Assembly (NCBI GenBank): GCA_963758495.1 | Contig: CAVWVI010000002.1 | Span: forward strand, 64,151 to 128,150 | Length of the DNA: 64,000 bases | Origin: Oligoflexia bacterium | Lineage (GTDB): Bacteria > Bdellovibrionota > UBA1018 | Direction of reading: 5' to 3' | Shown: positions 1 through 8,011 of the stretch, in pieces | Position numbering within the stretch: the first letter of the stretch is position 1 | How the letters are laid out: every line of letters starts with the position of its first letter | Position numbers and translations under genes: made by a program | The notes under the pieces: generated by a model | What the model was told of the DNA's origin: nothing | Seen by the model: only the letters and a program-made list of their open reading frames with translations | Database searches by the model: none

Positions 1-996
1 GTATTGCTTATTTGTAGCGGTAGCGATCACTTGGTTTTTGTTGACCAGTTTCAGGGGAGATTGAGGCAATCCTTGTTCTGATACGGCTATTGTATTCGCA
101 CCATAATTTAAAGTAGGGTCTAGCGTGAGTGAAAGAAGGTCATTTTTTGCATTTGGAATAAACTCTTCACCTACTTCTATAAAAGGAAGTCCATGATAGC
201 GATTAGATGCAGAAAGTTGAGATATTTGTCCATTCAAAAGATGAGATAAGACTTCTGCATGAATAATGACTGGGTATTTACCCGTGATGGGTTTTTCTAC
301 ATCGAGTGAGCATTCTGCGCGCTCTGATGCATCGTCAAAGAGTTTATCGATGGAGAGTTGATCCAAGTGGACTGCCCATTGAGTGTTTAAATATTCATCA
401 GATTCTATTTTTTGATGAGGTAAAGTTCTCGAAAATGAAAATGCAGTCTCTGCATAAATTCTACTTTGGGAAGTACGGTGAATTAAGCCATTGCTTAAAT
501 GTAGCTCTCGATCGTGACTAGAGAGAAAAAGCTCTGCAGAATTAAACTTGCTCGTACGTTTTTTCTTTACCGCGATTTCAATTTTGGAGGTCAATTCCTT
601 CATTACTTGTTCAATATCTTCCGCCATTTTTGGATCAGATGTCGCAAGTGTTTTTAATTTTTTTGACATATCAGTTGGAAATGACCAAGTTTGATGATTT
701 GTTTCCAGGGCAGATTCGATCGCCTGGTCAATTTGTGGCTGCAAGGGAAGAGAGGAAAATAATTTCTTGGTCACTTCACCCTGACTTTCGGACTCCGTCA
801 GTGTGACAAACAGTTTCAGAGAGATCTCTCTGGTGTGGATGTTGCGGTCTTGATCTATAATGAGTTCATCTTTTTCCGACATGAAGTATCGTTCTCGTCG
901 ATGGGTGTGTTCTTGGATAATAATCCAGCTTTTTACTTCCTTTCGGGATGAGAGTTGAGATTTCAATTGTTCTAAAGTCCAAGATTGTGAGTTCAT
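1..996 (-). CDS. TldE/PmbA-family metallopeptidase partner (partial, runs off window start)
   Basis: Manual translation from ATG at 996 (MNSQSWTLEQLK...TGKYPVIIHAEVLSHLL...LTLDPTL) is open to position 1; lies directly downstream of tldD. Confidence 0.75.
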   Translation of the reverse strand, partial: MNSQSWTLEQLKSQLSSRKEVKSWIIIQEHTHRRERYFMSEKDELIIDQDRNIHTREISLKLFVTLTESESQGEVTKKLFSSLPLQPQIDQAIESALETNHQTWSFPTDMSKKLKTLATSDPKMAEDIEQVMKELTSKIEIAVKKKRTSKFNSAELFLSSHDRELHLSNGLIHRTSQSRIYAETAFSFSRTLPHQKIESDEYLNTQWAVHLDQLSIDKLFDDASERAECSLDVEKPITGKYPVIIHAEVLSHLLNGQISQLSASNRYHGLPFIEVGEEFIPNAKNDLLSLTLDPTLNYGANTIAVSEQGLPQSPLKLVNKNQVIATATNKQY

Positions 997-1000
997 AAAT

Positions 1001-2614
1001 TTAACCTAGGATGACTTGATTGAGTAATACATAAGGACCACCGCAACCCGCGAGTACAAATTCCTTATGGTACTTGCCACATCCGCCCGCATCATTAAAC
1101 GGGTATTTTGCGTGGTCAGGCCCTTCTGCATTAAAATCAATTTTAGATTTTGCTTCAATTGAATTTAGAACGTCGGGTGTATACCCTGTCATTTGGATGT
1201 CTCCGCCCGCAGGGCCCTTGAAAAACTGTCCGGTGAGTTGCCCTTGCTTGACTTCTTGGAGATAAGAAATTCCAACCTGAATGCCCATGCCTTTGGGGTC
1301 TTCCATCCCTCCCGCAGGGTGAAGAGCTAAAAATCCATCCCCCAAGTTGGATAGCAGTTCTCTTAACGTCATCTCACCCGGACTGAAATAAGTATTGGTC
1401 TGTCGAGTGTAAACGCCATGTGCCCAAGTCTCACGCTTTCCATTTGCAGTACGAGGAATATTAAGTCGAATTGCGGAAGTGAGATGAGTCATGGGAGACA
1501 AAAGTTTACCTTCTTTTAGAAGAATTTGTTCTTCGGACAACCATCCTTCTTCATCAAAGAAATAACTTCCCCAAGCACCGTAGGATTTTCCTCCATTTTC
1601 AAAAATGGCTGGATTATTTAAAATCGTTGCATGTGTATTGCCTACGAGTTCTCCCGATTGATAAAGCTCCCATGCTTTGCTTCTTCCCCTCGCGCAGGTG
1701 TCACCTTCTTGAGAATGGCCAAATGCTTCGTGAGCTAATACACCAGTAACGACAGGACCCAAAATGATACGATATTTTCCAGGTTTAAGTCGTTCGGCCG
1801 TCTTCAATGCTTTTAAATCTTGAATGAGAGTGATGAGTTCTGATGGATTCAGCTCTATGGCTTCCAAGCCCCCAAGTCCACCCAGTCTGCATAATGTTCT
1901 ATCCGATCCCGACATCGTGGTGACCCCTAGGGAAAGACGATAAAGGGTTTGTGACATATTTGTTTCGCGATCAATAAAGATAGATTCCTCTTCAACAAAT
2001 GCTTGGCGAGCTGAAGCATAGGTCAAGTTTTCCAAATCAAGGCCACATTGTATAGCGAGCTTTTTGCATTGATCTACTATCTCTCGAAGCTGTTTCAGGC
2101 GTTCCGCTATTGTGAGGGCTCGGGGATCCTTTAAATATCGAATTCCAAAATGAACTGGAGTTTTTGCATTTACATTTTTTGGTATTTGGGCAGTTATTTC
2201 ATTTTCTAGTTTGGATGAAAGTCTTTCTTTCCAAGTTGGAGGTTGATAAGGTCTTCTCACTACCTCCCGGGGAGAGGGTTGCGCAAGCACTCGTTTCGTG
2301 AAGTTTTGTACAAATGTTTTTAAATAATGGGGATCGAGTTCATCTGTGGCTTCTTCGAAAAGCGTATAGCCATCATAAATTCGAAAGACAACTCCAGTAT
2401 TGATGTGGTCAGTGATTTGAGTTTGTTTAAGGTTAGCGGAAAAATTTCGTGAAGATTTACGTTCAAAATGAATAGACCCGTACCACTCCCGTTTAGCCTC
2501 TAATAGAGGGAGGAGATCCTCGAGAGTGTTTCGCAATGGCCAAAGTTCATTTGAAAAAGGCGCTCGTTGAAAGGTAGGGTTAGGCTGCATTTTCATTAAG
2601 ATATTCTCGCACAA
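1001..2614 (-). CDS. tldD: TldD-family metalloprotease
   Basis: LAHEAFGHSQEGD (HExxxH), FDEEG, GCGK and GCGGP C-terminal motifs; true start may be a few codons downstream. Confidence 0.85.
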   Translation of the reverse strand: MCENILMKMQPNPTFQRAPFSNELWPLRNTLEDLLPLLEAKREWYGSIHFERKSSRNFSANLKQTQITDHINTGVVFRIYDGYTLFEEATDELDPHYLKTFVQNFTKRVLAQPSPREVVRRPYQPPTWKERLSSKLENEITAQIPKNVNAKTPVHFGIRYLKDPRALTIAERLKQLREIVDQCKKLAIQCGLDLENLTYASARQAFVEEESIFIDRETNMSQTLYRLSLGVTTMSGSDRTLCRLGGLGGLEAIELNPSELITLIQDLKALKTAERLKPGKYRIILGPVVTGVLAHEAFGHSQEGDTCARGRSKAWELYQSGELVGNTHATILNNPAIFENGGKSYGAWGSYFFDEEGWLSEEQILLKEGKLLSPMTHLTSAIRLNIPRTANGKRETWAHGVYTRQTNTYFSPGEMTLRELLSNLGDGFLALHPAGGMEDPKGMGIQVGISYLQEVKQGQLTGQFFKGPAGGDIQMTGYTPDVLNSIEAKSKIDFNAEGPDHAKYPFNDAGGCGKYHKEFVLAGCGGPYVLLNQVILG

Positions 2615-2654
2615 CCTGTGTTTTGGCTCAATGGCAGAAATTTCAAGATACGCA

Positions 2655-2712
2655 TAAAAAATACGGGGACCCTTGATGTCTTACAGAGCAAGACATCCCG
2701 AAGGGTCCCCCG
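2655..2712 (-). terminator. Long intrinsic terminator hairpin
   Basis: GGGGACCCTT-GATGTCTT-loop-AAGACATC-ccg-AAGGGTCCCC followed by a T-tract on the minus strand, just after the stop at 2717. Confidence 0.75.
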
Positions 2713-2716
2713 GATT

Positions 2717-3517
2717 CTACTTCAATGGATGTGGAGTTGGGCCGTGTCCAGAATCAGGATGATCATCGTGGTCATGATGATCATCATCATGATCACGTCG
2801 ATCAAATCTATCAATTTCACACGCGCCTGACATTACAAGTGGTCCTAGTGCAAGCCAAGCTGGGACAATGTCATCACGGAAACGATCACGGTCCCGATTA
2901 TGATCACTTTCATGATTACGGTCATCGCGATCGTCGTCACGGTATTCATCGAAGAATTTCAGGACTGGAAAATCGCCAGGAAATCCTCTGAGGAATTCAA
3001 AGCCATCAATGCGATTATGAATAGCTGCATCGGCATAAATAGGGACACCATTGCATTCAATCGCTAAACGACTATGACGGCATCTATCTCTGTCCCTGTC
3101 ACCTTCTCTATCACTAAAATCATCGAATCGATCACGACGACGTTCACACACTCGAGCAACAACAGTGCAAACCTGTCCCGCTACTCCCACCCCAACACCA
3201 CCTTTTCCAGGGGGTAATCCAGGCCCTATTGGCAAGGGCATTGGTCCTGGACCCGGTAGTATGCCTGGCCCAGGCGCTAGCCCTGGAAATCCACCGGGCA
3301 AAGGTCCTGGTCCTGGAAATCCACCTAGCCCTGGTTTAATGGGTGGAGGTCCGCCGACTGGGATTGGTAGTGGTACTGCACCGACAAATCGGCATCGAAG
3401 TTCAGCTTCCCGATCACGTCTTCTATCGTGGTCGTGGTGATCTCCATCATCATTTGCATAAGCCGCCCCGGCTCCTGCAAGAACCCCCATAAATACTAAA
3501 AATACGGATCTACGCAT
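2717..3517 (-). CDS. Secreted low-complexity protein (Pro/Gly-rich insert, Asp/Arg/His-rich segments, 6 Cys)
   Basis: AGGAGG RBS before ATG 3517; signal peptide MRRSVFLVFMGVLAGAGAAYA; terminator downstream. Confidence 0.7.
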   Translation of the reverse strand: MRRSVFLVFMGVLAGAGAAYANDDGDHHDHDRRRDREAELRCRFVGAVPLPIPVGGPPPIKPGLGGFPGPGPLPGGFPGLAPGPGILPGPGPMPLPIGPGLPPGKGGVGVGVAGQVCTVVARVCERRRDRFDDFSDREGDRDRDRCRHSRLAIECNGVPIYADAAIHNRIDGFEFLRGFPGDFPVLKFFDEYRDDDRDDRNHESDHNRDRDRFRDDIVPAWLALGPLVMSGACEIDRFDRRDHDDDHHDHDDHPDSGHGPTPHPLK

Positions 3518-3729
3518 ATAAAGTCCTCCTAGAGTGGGACGGGGAATGCAAAGTCTGTGCACAACTTTGTAGGAAGGTTTTTATAGGGATTTTTTTAAAA
3601 TGTTTAATGATAAGAAGGCAATGAGAAAGTCCTGCCTCAATGTAAGTAGTTCCTTGCAGCGCTGACCTTCACTGGCCACTGCAACTTTCAATGTTATTAC
3701 AGTTGATGATACTGCGTAATGAGGTGAGG

Positions 3730-3954
3730 TTATTTTTTTGAAAAGTATTTGATAAAATACATCAAAAGTGAAAAAGCCAGGCTCAATAAAATGGAAGTTA
3801 CAATCGGAAAGTAAAATCGAAAATTTTCTTTTTCGATAATGATGTCACCTGGAAGTCTGCCCAGATGCAGAAACTTTCCACCGATTTGCCAAAGGAGTCC
3901 CAGCGCTATCAGTATTATTCCAGAAGTAATTAATAATTTTGAGATGGACTGCAT
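3730..3954 (-). CDS. DUF2905 family small membrane protein
   Basis: GRLPGDIIIEKENFRFYFPIVTSILLS motif. Confidence 0.85.
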   Translation of the reverse strand: MQSISKLLITSGIILIALGLLWQIGGKFLHLGRLPGDIIIEKENFRFYFPIVTSILLSLAFSLLMYFIKYFSKK

Positions 3955-4691
3955 TAAGAGAGTGTACCTCCATCAATAGTGAGGGCTTGCCCTGTAATCA
4001 TGGAAGCAGCAGAAGAGGTCGTAAGAAAATAGACGAAATCAGCGACTTCAGAGGGTTCAATGATGCGCCCCAGAGGGACACTTGTCTCCAAAGATTTTTC
4101 GGTGATCCCAATTTCTTTCATTCGGACTTCGGCCATTTCAGTTCGAACCCAACCAGGACAAATTGCATTGACTGTTATTTTACGAGGGGCAAGGTAATGA
4201 GCTAAAGCGCGTGTAAACCCCAGTACGCCATGTTTTGCTGCGCAGTATGCAGTTTGATCTGGGACGCCTTTTAAAGCGAGAACTGAGGCAATATTGATGA
4301 TCCTACCACTGATATCAGGAAGATGTGGGGCAACATATTTGCACATATAATAAGTTCCATGCAAATTCACATCAATAATTCGTTGCCAAAATTCATCTGA
4401 AGTGTCGGGATTTAACGAGTTACCTCCTGCGAGCCCTGCGTTATTCACAAGGGTATCGATTTTTCCAAAATAATCTAAAACTTTTTTAATACCGTTTTTA
4501 ACATCATCAACCTGAGTGACATCACACTTAAATTTAAAGTCGGCAGGAATATTTTTTAAACGAGTTTCAGTTTGGCCACAAGCCGCCACGGACCAGCCTT
4601 GTTTTTTAAAGAGCTCTATGATTGCTTTACCGATTCCTCGAGATCCCCCAGTAATTAACACTACTTTCTTATGAGAGCTATTTTGGTTCAT
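3954..4691 (-). CDS. SDR-family NAD(P)-dependent oxidoreductase
   Basis: TGGSRGIG, NNAG, YCAAK, NAICPG motifs. Confidence 0.9.
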   Translation of the reverse strand: MNQNSSHKKVVLITGGSRGIGKAIIELFKKQGWSVAACGQTETRLKNIPADFKFKCDVTQVDDVKNGIKKVLDYFGKIDTLVNNAGLAGGNSLNPDTSDEFWQRIIDVNLHGTYYMCKYVAPHLPDISGRIINIASVLALKGVPDQTAYCAAKHGVLGFTRALAHYLAPRKITVNAICPGWVRTEMAEVRMKEIGITEKSLETSVPLGRIIEPSEVADFVYFLTTSSAASMITGQALTIDGGTLS

Positions 4692-4726
4692 GCAACACTT
4701 TCAATTAAATTCGTTTGTGGACAGTT

Positions 4727-4927
4727 TTAAACAGTCCCACGATTAGGTATCCAACCATTCGATAGAGCTAACCAGCTGATTCCTAGCAGAAAAATGAAAA
4801 GAATCGCAGTTAAAATCACATAGATCATATAAGGATGTTTCCAAATGCTACCTGTATGTTCTTCTTCGTGTTTTAATGTCTTTTTTGTCATATGATAGGA
4901 AGATTCTATCATAATTTGTAATGCCAC
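4727..4927 (-). CDS. Small single-TM hypothetical protein
   Basis: One hydrophobic helix; co-oriented with the SDR gene; start uncertain. Confidence 0.5.
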   Translation of the reverse strand: MALQIMIESSYHMTKKTLKHEEEHTGSIWKHPYMIYVILTAILFIFLLGISWLALSNGWIPNRGTV

Positions 4928-4967
4928 TGGCGGAGAATCGGGGGTTGCGCTATTCTCCCGCCTGATT

Positions 4968-6713
4968 ATGAAAAGTCACCCCTTGACCCAGAAAATACCA
5001 GAGTATTTAAGGCCATATATTGCCAAACAGGATGCTTCCCTTTATACGGCAATGGATCACGCAAGCTGGCGGTTTATTTTAAAAATTTCAAAAAATTTCT
5101 TTGCCGAGCATGCACATCAAAAATATTTGGATGGCCTACGCGAAACAGGGATCTCAACGGAAAAAATTCCGTTAATTTCCGAAATGAATGTGTGTTTAAA
5201 AAAGTTTAATTGGCAGGCAGTGCCAGTTATCGGATTTATTCCACCCGCTGTTTTTATGGAATTTCTTTCATTAGGTATTTTGCCTATTGCTTGCGATATG
5301 CGGACGTTAGAGCATTTGGCCTATACACCGGCGCCTGATATTGTGCATGAAGCTGCAGGGCATGCTCCTATTATTGCTGACCCGGAATATTCCGATTATT
5401 TACGAAGTTATGGAGAAATTTCTCAGAAAGCAATTTTCTCTAGCCAAGATATGGATGTTTATAATGCCATCCGATTTCTTTCAGATATTAAGGAAGATCC
5501 TCATTCCAGTTCAGAACAAATCCAAGCAGCCGAAGATCAACTCGACCAGGCTCTTGCTTCTCAAACCTATGAGAGTGAAGCAACCTTATTGTCTCGTATG
5601 GGGTGGTGGACTTTTGAATATGGGATGGTAGGAGAATTATCCAAGCCTAAAATTTATGGAGCGGGTCTACTCTCATCTTTGGGCGAGAGCTATCACTGCA
5701 TGGATTCAAGTGTAAAAAAGATTCCATTTTCTATCGATTGTATTGAAATGAGTTACGATATTACTCGACCTCAACCTCAGCTTTATGTGGCTTCTGACTT
5801 TCAGGTCTTAAAAGACGCCTTAGAAGAGCTTGCAAATAAGATGGCTTTTCGAATCGGGGGACTTGAGGGATTAGAAAGAGCGAAAAAAGCTAAAACGACG
5901 ACAACTATTGCCCTGGATTCAGGTGTTGAAGTCAGTGGAGTTCTAGGTGATTTTCTAAAGGACCATTCGGATCGGCCCATTTATGTCCAATTTCAAGGAC
6001 CTACTCAAATATCGTATGAAGGCCAGGAAATTCTTGGCCAGGGACCTCAGTATCATTCGGAGGGGTTCGGGTCACCGCTTGAAAATATTACGGATATCCA
6101 GCTCCAAGATGCAGGCCTAGCTGTGGGACAACGGGGGCAGCTTATTCTTAAGTCAGGAATTACAGTAGAAGGAAAGTTAGTAGACATTTTAAAGAAAAAT
6201 GGAAAAATTATTTTGCTCACCTTTGAGGATTGTGTGGTTCAAAGGGGTTCAGAATTTCTCTTTCGCCCTGAATGGGGAAAATTCGACATGATTTGTGGCG
6301 AAAAGATCCTCTCAGTTTTTGGAGGTCCTTCTGATCGCAAAAAATATTTAGAAGGGACAGGGAATTTTCATCAAGAACCGGGTTGTCAGAAAACAAACCT
6401 TACCGACGCTAATCGAGAACTCAATGAGCTTTATCAGGAAGTTCGGAATTTCAGGGAGAATTTCAATTGGGATGCCTCAGTCTTATCTCGGCTTTCTAAG
6501 ATTCATCAAGCCCTAGAAGACAATTACCCTAAAGATTGGCTATTGCGGTTTGAGTTACTTGAATTAAATCAAAAATTTCAATTGAAAGCTGCTTGGGAGA
6601 ACACGGTTCGAACGCGACTCAAAGAGATCTCCACTGAATCGTTGGATCAGGGAGAGAGCATTCGAAGAGGGGTTGAACTTTTGGATCAGGAAGGTATTTC
6701 ATATGTTAGCTAA
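4968..6713 (+). CDS. phhA: Aromatic amino acid (phenylalanine-4-) hydroxylase, long form with C-terminal extension
   Basis: YTPAPDIVHEAAGHAP, WWTFEYG, KIYGAGLLSS, YDITRPQPQLYV motifs. Confidence 0.9.
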   Translation: MKSHPLTQKIPEYLRPYIAKQDASLYTAMDHASWRFILKISKNFFAEHAHQKYLDGLRETGISTEKIPLISEMNVCLKKFNWQAVPVIGFIPPAVFMEFLSLGILPIACDMRTLEHLAYTPAPDIVHEAAGHAPIIADPEYSDYLRSYGEISQKAIFSSQDMDVYNAIRFLSDIKEDPHSSSEQIQAAEDQLDQALASQTYESEATLLSRMGWWTFEYGMVGELSKPKIYGAGLLSSLGESYHCMDSSVKKIPFSIDCIEMSYDITRPQPQLYVASDFQVLKDALEELANKMAFRIGGLEGLERAKKAKTTTTIALDSGVEVSGVLGDFLKDHSDRPIYVQFQGPTQISYEGQEILGQGPQYHSEGFGSPLENITDIQLQDAGLAVGQRGQLILKSGITVEGKLVDILKKNGKIILLTFEDCVVQRGSEFLFRPEWGKFDMICGEKILSVFGGPSDRKKYLEGTGNFHQEPGCQKTNLTDANRELNELYQEVRNFRENFNWDASVLSRLSKIHQALEDNYPKDWLLRFELLELNQKFQLKAAWENTVRTRLKEISTESLDQGESIRRGVELLDQEGISYVS

Positions 6714-7074
6714 ACAATGGATGATGATTGGAATCATTTCAGCATTTTTTGGGGTGGCTTTTGGAGCGTTTGGTGCACATGCTCTCAAGGAATCTTTGTC
6801 TGAGCATGATCTTTCTATTTACCAAACAGCTGTTCATTATCAAATGATTCACGCGTTAGCTTTGATTGTTCTGGGAATTTGGACTGCCCAGAATCCAGGT
6901 GTAGACACCCAATTTGCTGGATGGGCATTTACTATTGGAATTGCCCTTTTTTCTGGAAGTCTTTATGTGCTTTCAATAACCCAATTAAAGTTTTTAGGTA
7001 TCATTACGCCTTTTGGGGGAACTGCATTCTTGGCTGGATGGATTGCATTTGCCTTTCTGGTCTGGAAAGCTTAG
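6703..7074 (+). CDS. DUF423 (YwdK/YgdD) membrane protein
   Basis: GAFGAHAL, TAVHYQMIHAL, FSGSLY, ITPFGG motifs. Confidence 0.9.
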   Translation: MLAKQWMMIGIISAFFGVAFGAFGAHALKESLSEHDLSIYQTAVHYQMIHALALIVLGIWTAQNPGVDTQFAGWAFTIGIALFSGSLYVLSITQLKFLGIITPFGGTAFLAGWIAFAFLVWKA

Positions 7075-7083
7075 CAGTGTAAT

Positions 7084-7731
7084 ATGTCGAGTTCTCAATC
7101 TATTAACGGTACGTCGTTACCTATTATTGCAAATGTTTCACGAGTAGTTACCTTGGTGGTCGATCGAATCACTGGGGATCGGGTGGATTTCCCCCTTCTG
7201 GTGGCAGCAGCCTGTGTTGAAGCCCTCAAGTGTTTTGGGATTGAATCTAGGGTCATGTATGGGCAGGTTGCTTGGCTGGAAGTATTGGAAGACCATTCTC
7301 TCGCTTGGGCAGGATGTTGGGGAGAGAATTTCCATTTTTGGGTTGCAACGCAATATGGTGAAGTCGTGGATCTGAATACGAGCGTGGCGCATCGTAAGAG
7401 GTCGCATTCAGCACCCCAGCTAAAAGCACTCTATTCCCCTCCTATTTTGTGGTCTGCCGAAGTTCCTGCTTTTTATCGTTATATTCCAGAAGGTATTGCT
7501 GAATTAGAACTGACTGAAGATCGTGATCAGAAACAGTATAATTTGGTGCTAGCTGAGGTTAAAGAAAAGTGTGGACCTACCCATCTCAAAGATGGGGATG
7601 AAAAGGATTTGGATTTTCCAAATGAATCGATTCTGTGTCCAGGTCGTCGCCTTTTGGATGACTCTTTAGATTCTTTTAAGCATTTTGATCGGGCGTTATC
7701 AGTGCATGGTTTGCCAACGGCGCCGATTTAA
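7084..7731 (+). CDS. Hypothetical protein
   Basis: 215-aa ORF in operon order; no family recognised. Confidence 0.6.
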   Translation: MSSSQSINGTSLPIIANVSRVVTLVVDRITGDRVDFPLLVAAACVEALKCFGIESRVMYGQVAWLEVLEDHSLAWAGCWGENFHFWVATQYGEVVDLNTSVAHRKRSHSAPQLKALYSPPILWSAEVPAFYRYIPEGIAELELTEDRDQKQYNLVLAEVKEKCGPTHLKDGDEKDLDFPNESILCPGRRLLDDSLDSFKHFDRALSVHGLPTAPI

Positions 7732-8011
7732 AATTTCGACGGACTACTGAGTAGCGACAGAAATTCATGCTTAGTTTCACGTGTTTAAATTTAATAAGTT
7801 TAATTAAGTAAAAAATAGATCAACACTTTTTAATGTAAAATAGGGCCTGAGGCCGTTTCTTGGTGTAGAAACACTTTACGATTGATCAATTTTTCAGGGT
7901 CTTCAATGAGTTCAATCAATCAGGAACGCGCAGAATCGGGATTCGTGAAGTCCACTATCCTTTTGATCACTAATATTTTGACAGGCTTAAATTTGTAGCT
8001 AAACTAAGTGG

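Noticed and set aside
2725..3440. His/Asp-rich and Pro/Gly-rich plus-strand ORFs (2725-2991, 3165-3440)
   Set aside because: Antisense shadows of the low-complexity minus-strand gene, which has the RBS, signal peptide and terminator
1..3517. TldD/E plus Gly-rich gene as a RiPP (microcin-like) cluster
   Set aside because: No modifying enzymes, a terminator separates the genes, and the protein has a Sec signal
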